Source of the DNA: Pseudozobellia thermophila | GTDB taxonomy: Bacteria > Bacteroidota > Bacteroidia > Flavobacteriales > Flavobacteriaceae | Reading direction: 5' to 3' | Length of the DNA: 64,000 nt | Assembly (NCBI RefSeq): GCF_900141855.1 | Contig: NZ_FQYU01000001.1 | Location: forward strand, 95,402-159,401 | In this document: one piece after another, positions 10,047 to 20,406 of the stretch | How the letters are laid out: every line of letters begins with the position of its first letter | How positions within the stretch are numbered: the stretch's first letter is position 1 | Program-made: the position numbers and the translations under genes | The notes under the pieces: generated by a model | The model's database searches: none | What the model was told of the DNA's origin: nothing | What the model saw: only the letters and a program-made list of their open reading frames with translations

Positions 10047-10294
10047 ATTTTAGGGCTTTCGGACAAATTGGGCAAGGCTCGGTCGACCCGATGGCCTTCT
10101 CGCCCCCTGCACGAAGCCAATATGCGATCGAACCCCTCTCACCGTACCCCTTTCGGGCTTGCAAGCGACCGCAAATACCAAGTTTTATTATCAGGTTGGC
10201 GATGTGGGCGCCCCAACCTTCCCGAAAGTGAAAAAAGGCGGGGTCTTGGGATGCACTTATGGGACGGGCCGTTATATCGAGGAAAGACATCAGC

Positions 10295-10927
10295 TTATTT
10301 TTTTACGGCATAAACACAGGTGAAACCCTCGAACTCAAAAAAGCGTATATCGTAAAAGGACGAATCGCCCCGATAGAGGATTTCGGCGGTGGTACCCGAA
10401 CTATCGAATGAAAAGTCGGCGACGTCGATATGGTGCAAAAAACTCAGGCCCGGTTCGGCGTAAATTTTATAAAGTGCCTCCTTGCTTCCCCAAACGATGG
10501 TAAGCTTGCGTATCAGGGCATCGGTATTCGCAATGGTGCGGTATTCTTCGATGGGTGTAAACTTATGGGCGATGCGCAAAATTTTCTCGCGCTGTTTTTC
10601 GATGTCGATGCCCACTTCTTGGTCATCGCTGACGATAATGCCCGTAAATTGGTTCGAATGGGTAATCGATATTTTCTTTCCGTCCCTCAAGTGTGGCTTG
10701 CCAAATCCATCGTAAAACAGGTCGGCATCGACATAACCGGCCTCGGCCATCAGATGTCTAATGCTCAGAAAGGCCCTTCTATGCATTTCGGATTTCATGC
10801 CCGACATTCGCTTTTGGCAATAAGGAGTCAAAACGATGCCTGCCGAAAGGTCGGGCTCCGACTCGAGTACCTCCCAAATATAGACTGTGGTAGAGGCGTT
10901 TACCTTTAGTATCTTGTAAATAGGCAT
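10295..10927 (-). CDS. 4'-phosphopantetheinyl transferase (Sfp-type)
   Basis: GKPHL and ISITHS motifs typical of the PPTase superfamily; the likely start is the internal Met MPIYKIL at 10927. Confidence 0.8.
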   Translation of the reverse strand: MPIYKILKVNASTTVYIWEVLESEPDLSAGIVLTPYCQKRMSGMKSEMHRRAFLSIRHLMAEAGYVDADLFYDGFGKPHLRDGKKISITHSNQFTGIIVSDDQEVGIDIEKQREKILRIAHKFTPIEEYRTIANTDALIRKLTIVWGSKEALYKIYAEPGLSFLHHIDVADFSFDSSGTTAEILYRGDSSFYDIRFFEFEGFTCVYAVKK

Positions 10928-10955
10928 AGCGTTCTGTCCCTTTTTCTTAACTTTG

Positions 10956-10974
10956 CATCCACAAAATGTGGATG
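10956..10974. promoter_or_regulatory. Perfect inverted repeat CATCCACA-aaa-TGTGGATG in the PPTase/ahcY divergent promoter, about 40 bp upstream of the ahcY start
   Basis: Read directly from the sequence: 8-bp arms and a 3-bp spacer. Confidence 0.4.
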
Positions 10975-11009
10975 GCCACATATTACGAAAGTAAAAAATA
11001 AAAAAGACT

Positions 11010-12326
11010 ATGGATACCAAAACTGTTTCCTATCTACCGTATAAGGTAAAAGATATTTCTTTAGCGGATTGGGGAAGAAAAGAAATTGAGCTTGCCGAGG
11101 CCGAGATGCCCGGCCTAATGTCGCTTCGTGAAGAATATGGAAACGAACAACCCTTGAAGGGCGCCCGAATTGCCGGGTGTCTCCATATGACCATACAGAC
11201 GGCCGTTCTCATTGAAACCTTGGTCGCTTTGGGAGCCGAGGTAACTTGGAGTTCGTGCAATATATTTTCGACCCAAGACCATGCGGCCGCGGCAATTGCC
11301 GCAGCCGGTATTCCCGTTTATGCCTGGAAGGGTATGACCGAGGAGGAATTCGACTGGTGCATTGAGCAGACCCTCTTTTTCGGGGAAGAGCGAAAACCCT
11401 TGAACATGATCCTAGACGATGGCGGGGACCTGACCAATATGGTACTCGACCGCTATCCGGAACTGGCCAAAGGGGTAAAGGGACTTTCGGAGGAAACCAC
11501 CACCGGTGTCCACCGTTTGTACGAGCGTATGAAAAAGGGAACCCTGCCCATGCCGGCCATTAACGTAAACGATTCGGTCACAAAGTCAAAGTTCGACAAC
11601 AAATACGGATGTCGCGAGAGCGCCGTCGATGCCATTCGAAGGGCCACCGACACCATGCTTGCCGGCAAGCGCGTAGTGGTCGCCGGTTATGGCGATGTAG
11701 GCAAAGGTACCGCCGCTTCTTTCAGAGGTGCGGGATCGATTGTTACCGTAACCGAAATCGACCCCATCTGTGCCCTACAGGCGTGTATGGACGGATATGA
11801 GGTAAAAAGACTTGAAACCGTGGTAGACAAGGCGGATATCATTATCACCACCACAGGCAACAAGGACATTATCCGCCCCGAACACTTCAAGGCCATGAAA
11901 GACAAGGCCATTGTGTGCAACATCGGTCATTTCGACAACGAAATCGATATGGCCTGGCTAAATGCCAACTACGGGGACACCAAGGACGAGATCAAACCCC
12001 AGGTAGACAAGTACACCATAGACGGCAAGGACATTATCGTACTTGCGGAAGGTAGATTGGTGAATTTGGGCTGTGCCACGGGCCACCCCAGCTTCGTTAT
12101 GAGCAACTCCTTTACCAACCAGACCTTGGCGCAAATCGAGTTGTGGAACCATAGCGACAAATACAAGAACGAGGTATACATGTTACCCAAACACCTCGAT
12201 GAGAAGGTAGCGGCCCTACACCTATCGCGTTTGGGTGCCGAACTTACCCAATTAAAACCCGAGCAGGCCGAATATATCGGCGTTACCGTCGAGGGGCCGT
12301 TTAAACCCGATTATTACCGATATTGA
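11010..12326 (+). CDS. ahcY: Adenosylhomocysteinase
   Basis: Full-length SAH hydrolase: NAD-binding GYGDVGKG, size and conserved blocks throughout. Confidence 0.95.
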   Translation: MDTKTVSYLPYKVKDISLADWGRKEIELAEAEMPGLMSLREEYGNEQPLKGARIAGCLHMTIQTAVLIETLVALGAEVTWSSCNIFSTQDHAAAAIAAAGIPVYAWKGMTEEEFDWCIEQTLFFGEERKPLNMILDDGGDLTNMVLDRYPELAKGVKGLSEETTTGVHRLYERMKKGTLPMPAINVNDSVTKSKFDNKYGCRESAVDAIRRATDTMLAGKRVVVAGYGDVGKGTAASFRGAGSIVTVTEIDPICALQACMDGYEVKRLETVVDKADIIITTTGNKDIIRPEHFKAMKDKAIVCNIGHFDNEIDMAWLNANYGDTKDEIKPQVDKYTIDGKDIIVLAEGRLVNLGCATGHPSFVMSNSFTNQTLAQIELWNHSDKYKNEVYMLPKHLDEKVAALHLSRLGAELTQLKPEQAEYIGVTVEGPFKPDYYRY

Positions 12327-12346
12327 GAAATCGGACCGGATAGTAC

Positions 12347-12377
12347 GAAAAAGGCCTTGCAATGCAAGGCCTTTTTC
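12347..12377. terminator. Bidirectional rho-independent terminator between the convergent ahcY and GAF genes
   Basis: AAAAAGGCCTTGCaatGCAAGGCCTTTTT: a perfect hairpin flanked by an A-run and a T-run. Confidence 0.65.
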
Positions 12378-12398
12378 AATTATCGCCATTATTTGCGT

Positions 12399-12932
12399 TT
12401 AACTTATGGCCCTACATATAGCCTCCCCAATTTGAAGAAGTTTTGTCTTTTCCGCTTCGGTAAAGTCGTAGGGAACGGGTTTGGCAATGCCGATCGTACC
12501 GTACAAGGTGCCGTTAAGAAGCAATGGTGCCGCAATCGAGCCTTCCATTTTCGTTTCTTTGGCCGCGGGCCGTGCCACCCCCGAATCGTCGGTCTGAAGG
12601 TTGCACATTTCTACCGCCTCACGCCGTTCCGCGGCAATGCCGGCCATACCCTTTCCTATGGGTATAACCTCTACCTTGGGAATCAAAAACGGTGGAATAC
12701 CCTTTTGGGCCCTAAGTTTTAAAAGCGATGTTTCCTGGTCTAAAAAATGAAGGGTACCCGTTGCACAATCAAAATGCGAAATAACGGAATGCAGGACGGT
12801 ATCCCAATCGGGACTATCTTCTTGTATGTTGGCATAAATATCCGCTAACCCGGGCTTGTTTTTTTGGTTTTCATCCATAGGACTTAGATGCTTAAAGATT
12901 GAAATGGGCATCGCAAGGCCAAACTCCGACAA
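12399..12932 (-). CDS. GAF domain protein (free-methionine-(R)-sulfoxide reductase-like)
   Basis: Single GAF fold of about 170 aa (GMAGIAAERREAVEMCNLQTDD...). Confidence 0.7.
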   Translation of the reverse strand: MSEFGLAMPISIFKHLSPMDENQKNKPGLADIYANIQEDSPDWDTVLHSVISHFDCATGTLHFLDQETSLLKLRAQKGIPPFLIPKVEVIPIGKGMAGIAAERREAVEMCNLQTDDSGVARPAAKETKMEGSIAAPLLLNGTLYGTIGIAKPVPYDFTEAEKTKLLQIGEAICRAIS

Positions 12933-12982
12933 AGCCCCTTAGAAAGCCCTGCCCGCGGTTCGGCAACGATGCGCCTATATAA

Positions 12983-13147
12983 AACTTATTGGTTGAACTT
13001 ATGTATCAGCGCCTTATACCTGTCGGCCTCCTCCTTTGAATGGTTCCCGTAATCCTCGGTAATCGAATGTTCGATATTGTTCGCCTTTAAAAAAATGGAA
13101 ACCCGCTCCAGTTTTTCGGCCGTCCCTTTAATCTCAATTTTAGCCAT
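12983..13147 (-). CDS. Small hypothetical protein (54 aa), below the ORF-track size cutoff
   Basis: Hand translation MAKIEIKGTAEKLERVSIFLKANNIEHSITEDYGNHSKEEADRYKALIHKFNQ*; protein-like composition; downstream of rpmA on the same strand. Confidence 0.25.
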
Positions 13148-13444
13148 GTTGTAAACGTTTATTTAAAATCCGTAAAAAAAAGAACAATTTGGGGCGCGTT
13201 TTCGCCCCTAAATTAGGGGCAGGCTACAAAATTACAGAAATTGATTATATGAACTAGGTCTTGGCACCTTCAAAAATACCTTATCCGTTCTAAAAATGTA
13301 TTTTTTAACAGTTCTTAATGAAAAGGCCGTACCTCTACACCCTTAATTTTAAATTTCTTTCGATCGTCAGGACGAGGCATAGGGATACAAAAAACCCTAT
13401 CCAAATAGGATAGGGCCTTATAAATATCGATGCAAAGCGCGTTC

Positions 13445-13705
13445 TTAAGCCTCGAAAGGTTCTATCGAAACGTAAGACTTGCCCCCTGCTTTCTTTTGAA
13501 ATTTTACAATTCCGTCTACACGGGCATGCAATGAATGGTCTTTACCGGCGTACACATTCTCACCTGGATTGTGCTTGGTACCACGTTGTCTAACAATGAT
13601 ATTTCCGGCAACGGCGGCCTGTCCGCCAAAAATCTTAACGCCCAAGCGTTTCGATTCCGACTCCCTACCGTTCTTAGAACTACCTACACCTTTTTTGTGT
13701 GCCAT
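13445..13705 (-). CDS. rpmA: 50S ribosomal protein L27
   Basis: [24 protein letters not shown]... is canonical L27. Confidence 0.95.
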   Translation of the reverse strand: MAHKKGVGSSKNGRESESKRLGVKIFGGQAAVAGNIIVRQRGTKHNPGENVYAGKDHSLHARVDGIVKFQKKAGGKSYVSIEPFEA

Positions 13706-13779
13706 GATATTGGTTTTTTATGTGTGCCTCCCCTAAAACGGGAGAACACGAAATTAATTATACTTTACCTTTGGTAGGC

Positions 13780-14424
13780 CTATGCCTTACCACCATCTAG
13801 TTCGTCTTGCCATTTTTTCAGCTCGTCCCACTTGCCTTCGGCAGCCAATTTTGCCTGCGCTGGCCATGTGTCGGTAACGTGGTTGCCACGAACGTCGGCA
13901 ATAATCTCCGCGATCTTGGCCGCATCGGTCTTTGCCAATTCGGCGAAAGTGGAAATGCCGGCCGCAACCAAGGTTTCGGCTATCTTAGGACCGATTCCTT
14001 CGATTTTTTTCAAATCGTCGGCCTTGGCAGCCTTTTTAGGTGCCGCTTTTTCCGCTTTGGGCTTTGCCGCCGCTTTCTTGGGCTCTTCCTTCTTAGCTGT
14101 TTTTTTGGCTCCTTTGGCAACAATACTCTCGATCACGATCTCGGTCAAAGATTGACGGTGACCGTTTTTCTTTCTGTAACCTTTACGTCTTTTCTTTTTA
14201 AAGACAATAACCTTGTCACCTCTTAGGTGCTTTACGACTTTGGCCTCAACGGCCGCGCCGTCTATAGCCGGGGCGCCAACGGTAACGTTCGATCCATCCG
14301 CCAAAAGAAGTACGTTGTCAAAAACGACTTTCTTGCCTTCTTCGGCCTGTAAACGGTGAACATACACTTTTTGGTCTTTCGCAACTTTGAATTGCTGCCC
14401 TGCCATCTCTACGATTGCGTACAT
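13780..14424 (-). CDS. rplU: 50S ribosomal protein L21 with a long Lys/Ala-rich C-terminal extension carrying an HhH-like segment
   Basis: [14 protein letters not shown]... L21 core (about 100 aa) followed by a [16 protein letters not shown] tract and [24 protein letters not shown] (helix-hairpin-helix-like). Start taken at the internal Met at 14424. Confidence 0.9.
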   Translation of the reverse strand: MYAIVEMAGQQFKVAKDQKVYVHRLQAEEGKKVVFDNVLLLADGSNVTVGAPAIDGAAVEAKVVKHLRGDKVIVFKKKRRKGYRKKNGHRQSLTEIVIESIVAKGAKKTAKKEEPKKAAAKPKAEKAAPKKAAKADDLKKIEGIGPKIAETLVAAGISTFAELAKTDAAKIAEIIADVRGNHVTDTWPAQAKLAAEGKWDELKKWQDELDGGKA

Positions 14425-14624
14425 AATGTGTATTATAATTGGTTTAAAATAATGCCTATTTTTCAATAAGCGGATGCAAATATACGCCTAAATCGTTAAT
14501 GTACAACACAATCACGCAGTTTTTACGCCCTAAAAAAACAATACGCCCCCCTTCGACGGGACCGACCAATGGCCCGCCCCATATCGATACCAATGACGCC
14601 AAGGGGAACAAAATGGGCAAGACC

Positions 14625-15095
14625 TTAGCCCACCTGCCTAGAAACCGGCTTTTTACGAGTGTTGTTGCTCGTCTTAAATAGTTGCATGAACGAAAGTGTC
14701 AAGACAAGGGTAGTCGCAAAACCCATGATGGCCACGGTAAAAAAAACGATTCCCTCGAAGTTTTTGAAATCGTTGAACCACACCGTGGTCAGTTCTTGAA
14801 GAAAGGCCGTGTTGATCTCCGTTGCATAGAGGGCAAAAAACAAGGTAAAGACCAATGTGGCCACAAAACCCGTGACCAGGCCGGCGGTAAAACCGCTTCC
14901 GTAATCAAAGTCCTTTTTTACCTCAAGTTTATAATATTTGATGGCCTCATAGATTCCGAAGCCCACGATTACGCCGTTAAAAAGGCTGAAAAAAACATTG
15001 GTGTGCAGGTCGAACAAAGCAAGAATCAAAAAATAGGCTATCAGGCAGCCGCTCGTGGCGACACCAAAACGTATGGGTAAAGCAAACTTTTTCAT
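14625..15095 (-). CDS. DUF4199-like small multi-TM membrane protein
   Basis: 156 aa with four hydrophobic segments, typical of a Bacteroidota family. Confidence 0.55.
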   Translation of the reverse strand: MKKFALPIRFGVATSGCLIAYFLILALFDLHTNVFFSLFNGVIVGFGIYEAIKYYKLEVKKDFDYGSGFTAGLVTGFVATLVFTLFFALYATEINTAFLQELTTVWFNDFKNFEGIVFFTVAIMGFATTLVLTLSFMQLFKTSNNTRKKPVSRQVG

Positions 15096-15231
15096 TTTTT
15101 TCAGTTTTTAAGGTTCACCCCTTTAAATTACTGAAAATTAAACAAGTATTGTTTTAAACCGTGTTAAAAATAAATAGTGTCGTATTGAATATCTTACAAA
15201 AATTCAATAATCTTGTAACAATCCCTTTTAC

Positions 15232-16587
15232 TTGAACACCTATTCGACATCCAAAGACTTTCCCATGACACAAAAACACATCGCAAGCTTTAGCCTGGCC
15301 CTCTTTACAGTGGTCTTAAGCGCCCAGCAAGTGGCCTTCGAAGAATACGACCTCGACAACGGTCTGCACGTTATCCTACACCAAGACAATTCGGTACCCG
15401 TGGTTACCACCTCGGTCATGTACCACGTTGGCGGTAAGGACCGAACCGAGGGCCGTACGGGCTTCGCCCATTTTTTTGAGCACTTATTGTTCGAGGGGAC
15501 AAAAAACATCGAGCGGGGCAAATGGTTCGAAATTGTATCTTCAAACGGCGGACAAAACAACGCCAACACTTCCCAAGACCGAACGTATTACTACGAGGTT
15601 TTTCCGTCAAACAATCTAAAGCTGGGCCTATGGCTCGAATCGGAAAGGATGCTTCACCCCGTCATCGACCAAAAGGGGGTCACCACCCAACAAGAAGTGG
15701 TGAAAGAAGAAAAACGACTGCGCTACGACAACCGCCCATACGGACAACTGATAACCGTGGTGGGCCAAAACCTGTTTAAAAAACACCCGTACAAAGACCC
15801 GAATATCGGCTACATGGAAGATCTGGACGCCGCTACCCTCGACGATGTGATCGCCTACAACAAGAAGTATTACGTGCCCAACAACGCGGTTTTGGTCGTA
15901 GCCGGAAACATCGACATCGACCAAACCAAAAAATGGGTCGCAGATTACTTTTCGGCAATCCCGAGGGGGGAAGAAATCGTACGCAACTACCCCAAGGAAG
16001 AACCCATACGGCAAGAAACCCGGGTAAAGGCCTATGACCCCAATATTCAGATCCCCGCTTACGTAATCTCGTACAGAACCCCAGGTTTCCGTGAAAGGGA
16101 CGCCTACGTCCTTGACATGATATCCTCTTATCTGAGCGACGGACAAAGCTCCAAACTCTATAAAAAAATGGTAGACGACCAGAAACAGGCCCTACAGGTC
16201 GGGGCCTTTAACGTAGGCCAGGAAGACTACGGCATGTACCTCGTATACGCACTTCCCGTAGGGGAAACCGATAGAGAAACCCTGCTCGGCGAAATGGAAG
16301 AGGAAATTGCCAAGGTAAGGGAAACGCCGATAAGCGAAAAGGACCATCAAAAACTATTGAACAAATTTGAGAACCAATTCGTAAACTCGAATTCCAGTAT
16401 AGCCGGCATTGCCAATTCACTGGCCAGAAACTACCTGCTCTATGGCGATACCGAGTTGATAAACAAGGAAATAGAGATCTATCGTTCGATTACGAGGGAA
16501 GAAATACAAGAAGTGGCCAACAAGTATTTAAAGCCGAACCAAAGGGTGATTATCGATTATTTGCCCGAAGACGCGCAAGCCAATTAA
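15232..16587 (+). CDS. M16 family (pitrilysin/insulinase) zinc peptidase, catalytic subunit
   Basis: Inverted zinc motif HFFEHLLFEGT (HxxEH) near the N-terminus after a signal peptide. Confidence 0.85.
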   Translation: MNTYSTSKDFPMTQKHIASFSLALFTVVLSAQQVAFEEYDLDNGLHVILHQDNSVPVVTTSVMYHVGGKDRTEGRTGFAHFFEHLLFEGTKNIERGKWFEIVSSNGGQNNANTSQDRTYYYEVFPSNNLKLGLWLESERMLHPVIDQKGVTTQQEVVKEEKRLRYDNRPYGQLITVVGQNLFKKHPYKDPNIGYMEDLDAATLDDVIAYNKKYYVPNNAVLVVAGNIDIDQTKKWVADYFSAIPRGEEIVRNYPKEEPIRQETRVKAYDPNIQIPAYVISYRTPGFRERDAYVLDMISSYLSDGQSSKLYKKMVDDQKQALQVGAFNVGQEDYGMYLVYALPVGETDRETLLGEMEEEIAKVRETPISEKDHQKLLNKFENQFVNSNSSIAGIANSLARNYLLYGDTELINKEIEIYRSITREEIQEVANKYLKPNQRVIIDYLPEDAQAN

Positions 16588-16633
16588 AGAACACAAAAGC
16601 TTAACCCGTTTCTGGGTATCAAAAACACAGACC

Positions 16634-18703
16634 ATGAAAAAAATTTTTACTTCGATATTCATAGTACTCTTCATCTTTTGCGGACAAGCACAAATTGACA
16701 GAAGCAAAATGCCCGAACCGGGACCGGCTCCCGAGATCAAGCTCAACAACCCGAAAACGTTCGCTATTCAAAACGGCTTAAAGGTCTTGGTGGTCGAAAA
16801 CCACAAGCTGCCCAGGGTATCGATACAACTTGAAATCGACAACCCGCCGATCTTGGAGGGCGACAAGGCCGGCGTCTCGAATCTAATGGCAAGCCTTCTG
16901 GGCAAGGGGTCGAAGAATATTCCCAAAGACGAATTTAACGAAGAGGTCGATTTTTTAGGGGCCAGAATCAATTTTGGCGCCCAAAGCGCCTTTGCCTCCT
17001 CACTGTCGCAGTATTTTCCAAGAATCTTGGAGTTGATGGCCGACGCTGCAATAAACCCGAATTTCACCCATGAGGAATTCGAAAAGGAGAAACAAAAGCT
17101 CTTGACCGGCCTTAAAGCCGACGAAAAGAACGTTCCCGCCATTTCGAGAAGGGTAAGCATGGCCCTGGCCTACACCAAAAACCATCCTTACGGGGAGTTT
17201 ATGACCGAAGAAAGCGTAAACAAGGTCAGCCTTACCGATATCATCCAATTTTATGAAACCTATTTCGTTCCGGCCAACGCCTATTTGGTCGTGGTCGGGG
17301 ATGTCGAGTTTGAACAGGTAAAAGCATTGGTAGAGGAGCATTTCATCTCGTGGACAAAAGCCGCCCCGCTTTCCTTTACGTTTTCAAGACCTTCGGACGC
17401 CCTTTACACCCAGATCAATTTTGTTGATATGCCCAATGCCGTACAATCGGAAATTATGGTCGAGAACCTGGTCGACCTCAAAAAAAACGACCCCGATTAT
17501 CTAGCGGCGGTAATGGCCAATGAAATACTTGGCGGCGGCGGTGAAGGACGTCTGTTCCTAAACCTTAGGGAAGACAAGGGCTATACCTACGGATCGTATT
17601 CGGGCATGGGTTACGACAAGCACGCCCCGTCACGTTTTATAGCTACCGCCAGTGTTCGAAATGCGGTAACAGACAGTGCCGTAGTAGAAATTTTAAAAGA
17701 AATAGACCGCATTCGAACAGCCCCGGTAACGCCTTCGGAATTGGAAAACACCAAGGCCAAATACACCGGAAGATTTGTAATGGCCCTGGAAAACCCGACC
17801 ACCATAGCCAACTATGCCCTGAATATCGAAACAGAAAACCTGCCCAAGGACTTCTACCAAACCTATCTCGAAAAGCTCAACGCCATAACCATTGAAGAGG
17901 TGCAAAAGGCCGCCCAAAAATATTTAAAGCCCGAAAACCTACGGATCGTGGTTACCGGCAAAGGAAGCGAGATATTGGAAAACCTCGAAAAGCTTAGCTT
18001 TAAAGGCAAAAAAATTCCGGTCAATTATTTCGACAAATACGCCAACAAGGTCGAAAAACCGGATTACAATTCCCCCTTACCGGCCAACCTGGGCGCCAAC
18101 GACGTGCTCCATAAATATATCGAAGCCATTGGGGGCGAAGCAAATGTAAAGGCAATTACATCGTACACCATGAGGGCCCAAGCCGAAATGCAGGGCACGA
18201 AATTGGACCTGGAAATGATCAAAACGGCAAAAAACCAATTCAGGCAAGATATAAAGGTGGCCGGTAACTCGATGAGTCTACAGGTTTTCGACGGTGAAAA
18301 AGGATACGTCGTGGCCCAAGGCCAGAGAAACGAAATGGGCGATGCCGACATTGCGAAAATCAAGCAAGAGGCGGCACCTTTTCCCGAATTGGGCTATCTG
18401 GACAGCGAGGTAAGCATTGAGGGCCTTGAAACCATCGCGGACAAAAAAGCCTACAAACTCAAAATATCGGACAACAAATGGTCGTATTACGATGTCGACA
18501 GCGGACTGAAGGTGCAAGAAACCAACACCACCGAAATGGCCGGGCAAATAATAACAAGCACGATCACCTATAGCGATTACAAGGAAGTCGGCGGGGTCAA
18601 ATTTCCCTTTATGCTCGCCCAGACCGTTGGTCCCCAAAGCTTCGAGTTCAAAGTTTCGGACATCAAGGTGAACGAAGGGGTATCCGACGCCGATTTTGAG
18701 TAG
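16634..18703 (+). CDS. M16 family peptidase partner, non-catalytic (no HxxEH)
   Basis: Signal peptide MKKIFTSIFIVLFIFCGQAQ; two M16-like halves; lies 46 bp downstream of the catalytic M16 gene. Confidence 0.8.
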   Translation: MKKIFTSIFIVLFIFCGQAQIDRSKMPEPGPAPEIKLNNPKTFAIQNGLKVLVVENHKLPRVSIQLEIDNPPILEGDKAGVSNLMASLLGKGSKNIPKDEFNEEVDFLGARINFGAQSAFASSLSQYFPRILELMADAAINPNFTHEEFEKEKQKLLTGLKADEKNVPAISRRVSMALAYTKNHPYGEFMTEESVNKVSLTDIIQFYETYFVPANAYLVVVGDVEFEQVKALVEEHFISWTKAAPLSFTFSRPSDALYTQINFVDMPNAVQSEIMVENLVDLKKNDPDYLAAVMANEILGGGGEGRLFLNLREDKGYTYGSYSGMGYDKHAPSRFIATASVRNAVTDSAVVEILKEIDRIRTAPVTPSELENTKAKYTGRFVMALENPTTIANYALNIETENLPKDFYQTYLEKLNAITIEEVQKAAQKYLKPENLRIVVTGKGSEILENLEKLSFKGKKIPVNYFDKYANKVEKPDYNSPLPANLGANDVLHKYIEAIGGEANVKAITSYTMRAQAEMQGTKLDLEMIKTAKNQFRQDIKVAGNSMSLQVFDGEKGYVVAQGQRNEMGDADIAKIKQEAAPFPELGYLDSEVSIEGLETIADKKAYKLKISDNKWSYYDVDSGLKVQETNTTEMAGQIITSTITYSDYKEVGGVKFPFMLAQTVGPQSFEFKVSDIKVNEGVSDADFE

Positions 18704-18736
18704 GGCCCAGGCCCGTACGGCGATGTAAAATAGCGA

Positions 18737-19612
18737 CTATGGCCTTCGTTTATTGACCAACCATACCCCGAACAGGATAATAGCACCACCAGCCAATTGG
18801 TAGAGGTTTACCGTTTCCCCGTCCAAAACGGCCCATAAAATGGCCACCAAGGGAATGGTATAGGTTACAGAGGCTGCAAAGACCGGACTCGCCAAATGGA
18901 TCAATCGGTTAAACAATATGTTGGCGATCGAAGTCCCCACCAAGGCCAGTACGAGTAGATAGCCCAAGGACCCGTGCATTTCAACGCCCTGCCCAAGCTT
19001 GTTGGGAAAACCTGAAAGGCCGACCAGTACCAAGGCCGGTAGGAAGGCAACGGCAAAACTACCCGTTGTAACCGATAAAGGACTTAGGTGGGCCAGGTGT
19101 TTTTTGACGATGTTAATGTTAAGGGCATAGCCTAGGGCCGAAGCCAATATAAAAACGGAATACCAATAGTTTTGATCGGGATCATACTCCACTCCCGCCG
19201 CTATGAGGGCCACCGTACCCAACAATCCGATAAGAACGCCCCATATCTGGCGTCTGGTGACAATGGTACCGAACAGGGCTATCCCTACCAAAGTGGTAAA
19301 CAGGGGAACTACGGAATTAAAAATCGAAGTGGTGCCACTGTCGATCTCGGTCTGGGCCAGGGCAAAGAGAAAGGGCGGAAAAAAAGAACTTAAAAGGCCC
19401 GCGATAACGATCCATTTCCAATCTTTGACACTGAGCCCCCTTATACTGCCGTAACCAAAAACAAATAGAAAAACTGACGCAAAAACGATGCGCAGCCCAC
19501 CCAACTCAAGTGCGGTCAGCCCCAACAACGCCCTTTTGATCAAAATGAACGAAGACCCCCAAATTACCGACAGCAATACCAGATATAGCCATTTTTGGGT
19601 AGTGTCTTTCAA
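18737..19612 (-). CDS. EamA/DMT-family transporter
   Basis: Ten TM segments, duplicated EamA-like halves (LSVIWGSSFILIK...). Confidence 0.8.
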   Translation of the reverse strand: MKDTTQKWLYLVLLSVIWGSSFILIKRALLGLTALELGGLRIVFASVFLFVFGYGSIRGLSVKDWKWIVIAGLLSSFFPPFLFALAQTEIDSGTTSIFNSVVPLFTTLVGIALFGTIVTRRQIWGVLIGLLGTVALIAAGVEYDPDQNYWYSVFILASALGYALNINIVKKHLAHLSPLSVTTGSFAVAFLPALVLVGLSGFPNKLGQGVEMHGSLGYLLVLALVGTSIANILFNRLIHLASPVFAASVTYTIPLVAILWAVLDGETVNLYQLAGGAIILFGVWLVNKRRP

Positions 19613-19897
19613 TTCGTTCCCTTTTCCGCAAATTTCAAACTTATTTTTAAAACCGGCGTTACTTTCGGCGGATCAAATCGCAATTTCACCGTGATTAAGG
19701 CCGCATTCCACAGAAACAAAGAAAAACCTAATCCCAATTGGGACCCGCCCCAGTGCGCCCGTCGACCAAAAATCATTAACCACGGCTCCTATTTCGCAAA
19801 GGCCACGGCCCGCCACGACATGAAATAATCGTTCTTTTCCCCTGCTCCTTTTTGGGTGCAATGGGAATGGTTTATATTTGTAGAAAACCCAACGTTT

Positions 19898-20314
19898 ATG
19901 AAAAAATTATTCTTGTTTGCGGCCATTGCCTTTCTATGCCTGAGCTCCTGTAATGAGCAAAAAGAGCCTACGCAAATGCAAAATGTTATGGCGATACATG
20001 ACGAAGTGATGCCCCAAATGGGCAAATTAGGGGATTTGGTAGGTGAACTGAACGCAAAGGAAAACGATAGCACAGAATTGGGCAAAAAGTACATGAAGGC
20101 CAAAAAAGACCTTCAGGCGGCCCACAAGTCGATGATGGATTGGATGCAAAATTTCGGAAACCGGTTCGACCCCGACGAAATATTGAACGGCAAAGAGCTT
20201 TCCGAACAAAAGCAACAGTGGCTCGATGAGGAGGAAGAAAAGGTAAAGGAACTCAAAAGGGAAATCACTGAAAGCATCGCCAACGCGGAAGCCCTCTTGG
20301 AAGGCGACGAATAA
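19898..20314 (+). CDS. Small secreted/lipoprotein, helical, paralog 1 (KSMMDWM motif)
   Basis: Start taken at MKKLFLFAAIAFLCLSSC (lipobox); shares AHDEVM..MGKL...KSMMDWMQ.FG.RFD.DE...GKELSEQKQ.WL.EEE with the next gene. Confidence 0.6.
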   Translation: MKKLFLFAAIAFLCLSSCNEQKEPTQMQNVMAIHDEVMPQMGKLGDLVGELNAKENDSTELGKKYMKAKKDLQAAHKSMMDWMQNFGNRFDPDEILNGKELSEQKQQWLDEEEEKVKELKREITESIANAEALLEGDE

Positions 20315-20406
20315 AGTCTTGCAAAACACCGATTTAAACTACCCTTGAAAGAGTTTCGCCCCCCGTCCCTTCCAAGTTGCCTACCTTAGCGTAAAACACG
20401 TATACC

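Noticed and set aside
10015-10290. 91-aa minus ORF and 111-aa plus ORF inside the pnuC leader region
   Set aside because: Gly/Arg/Pro-rich translation of GC-rich DNA and no start context; better explained as a structured non-coding leader (reported as a finding)
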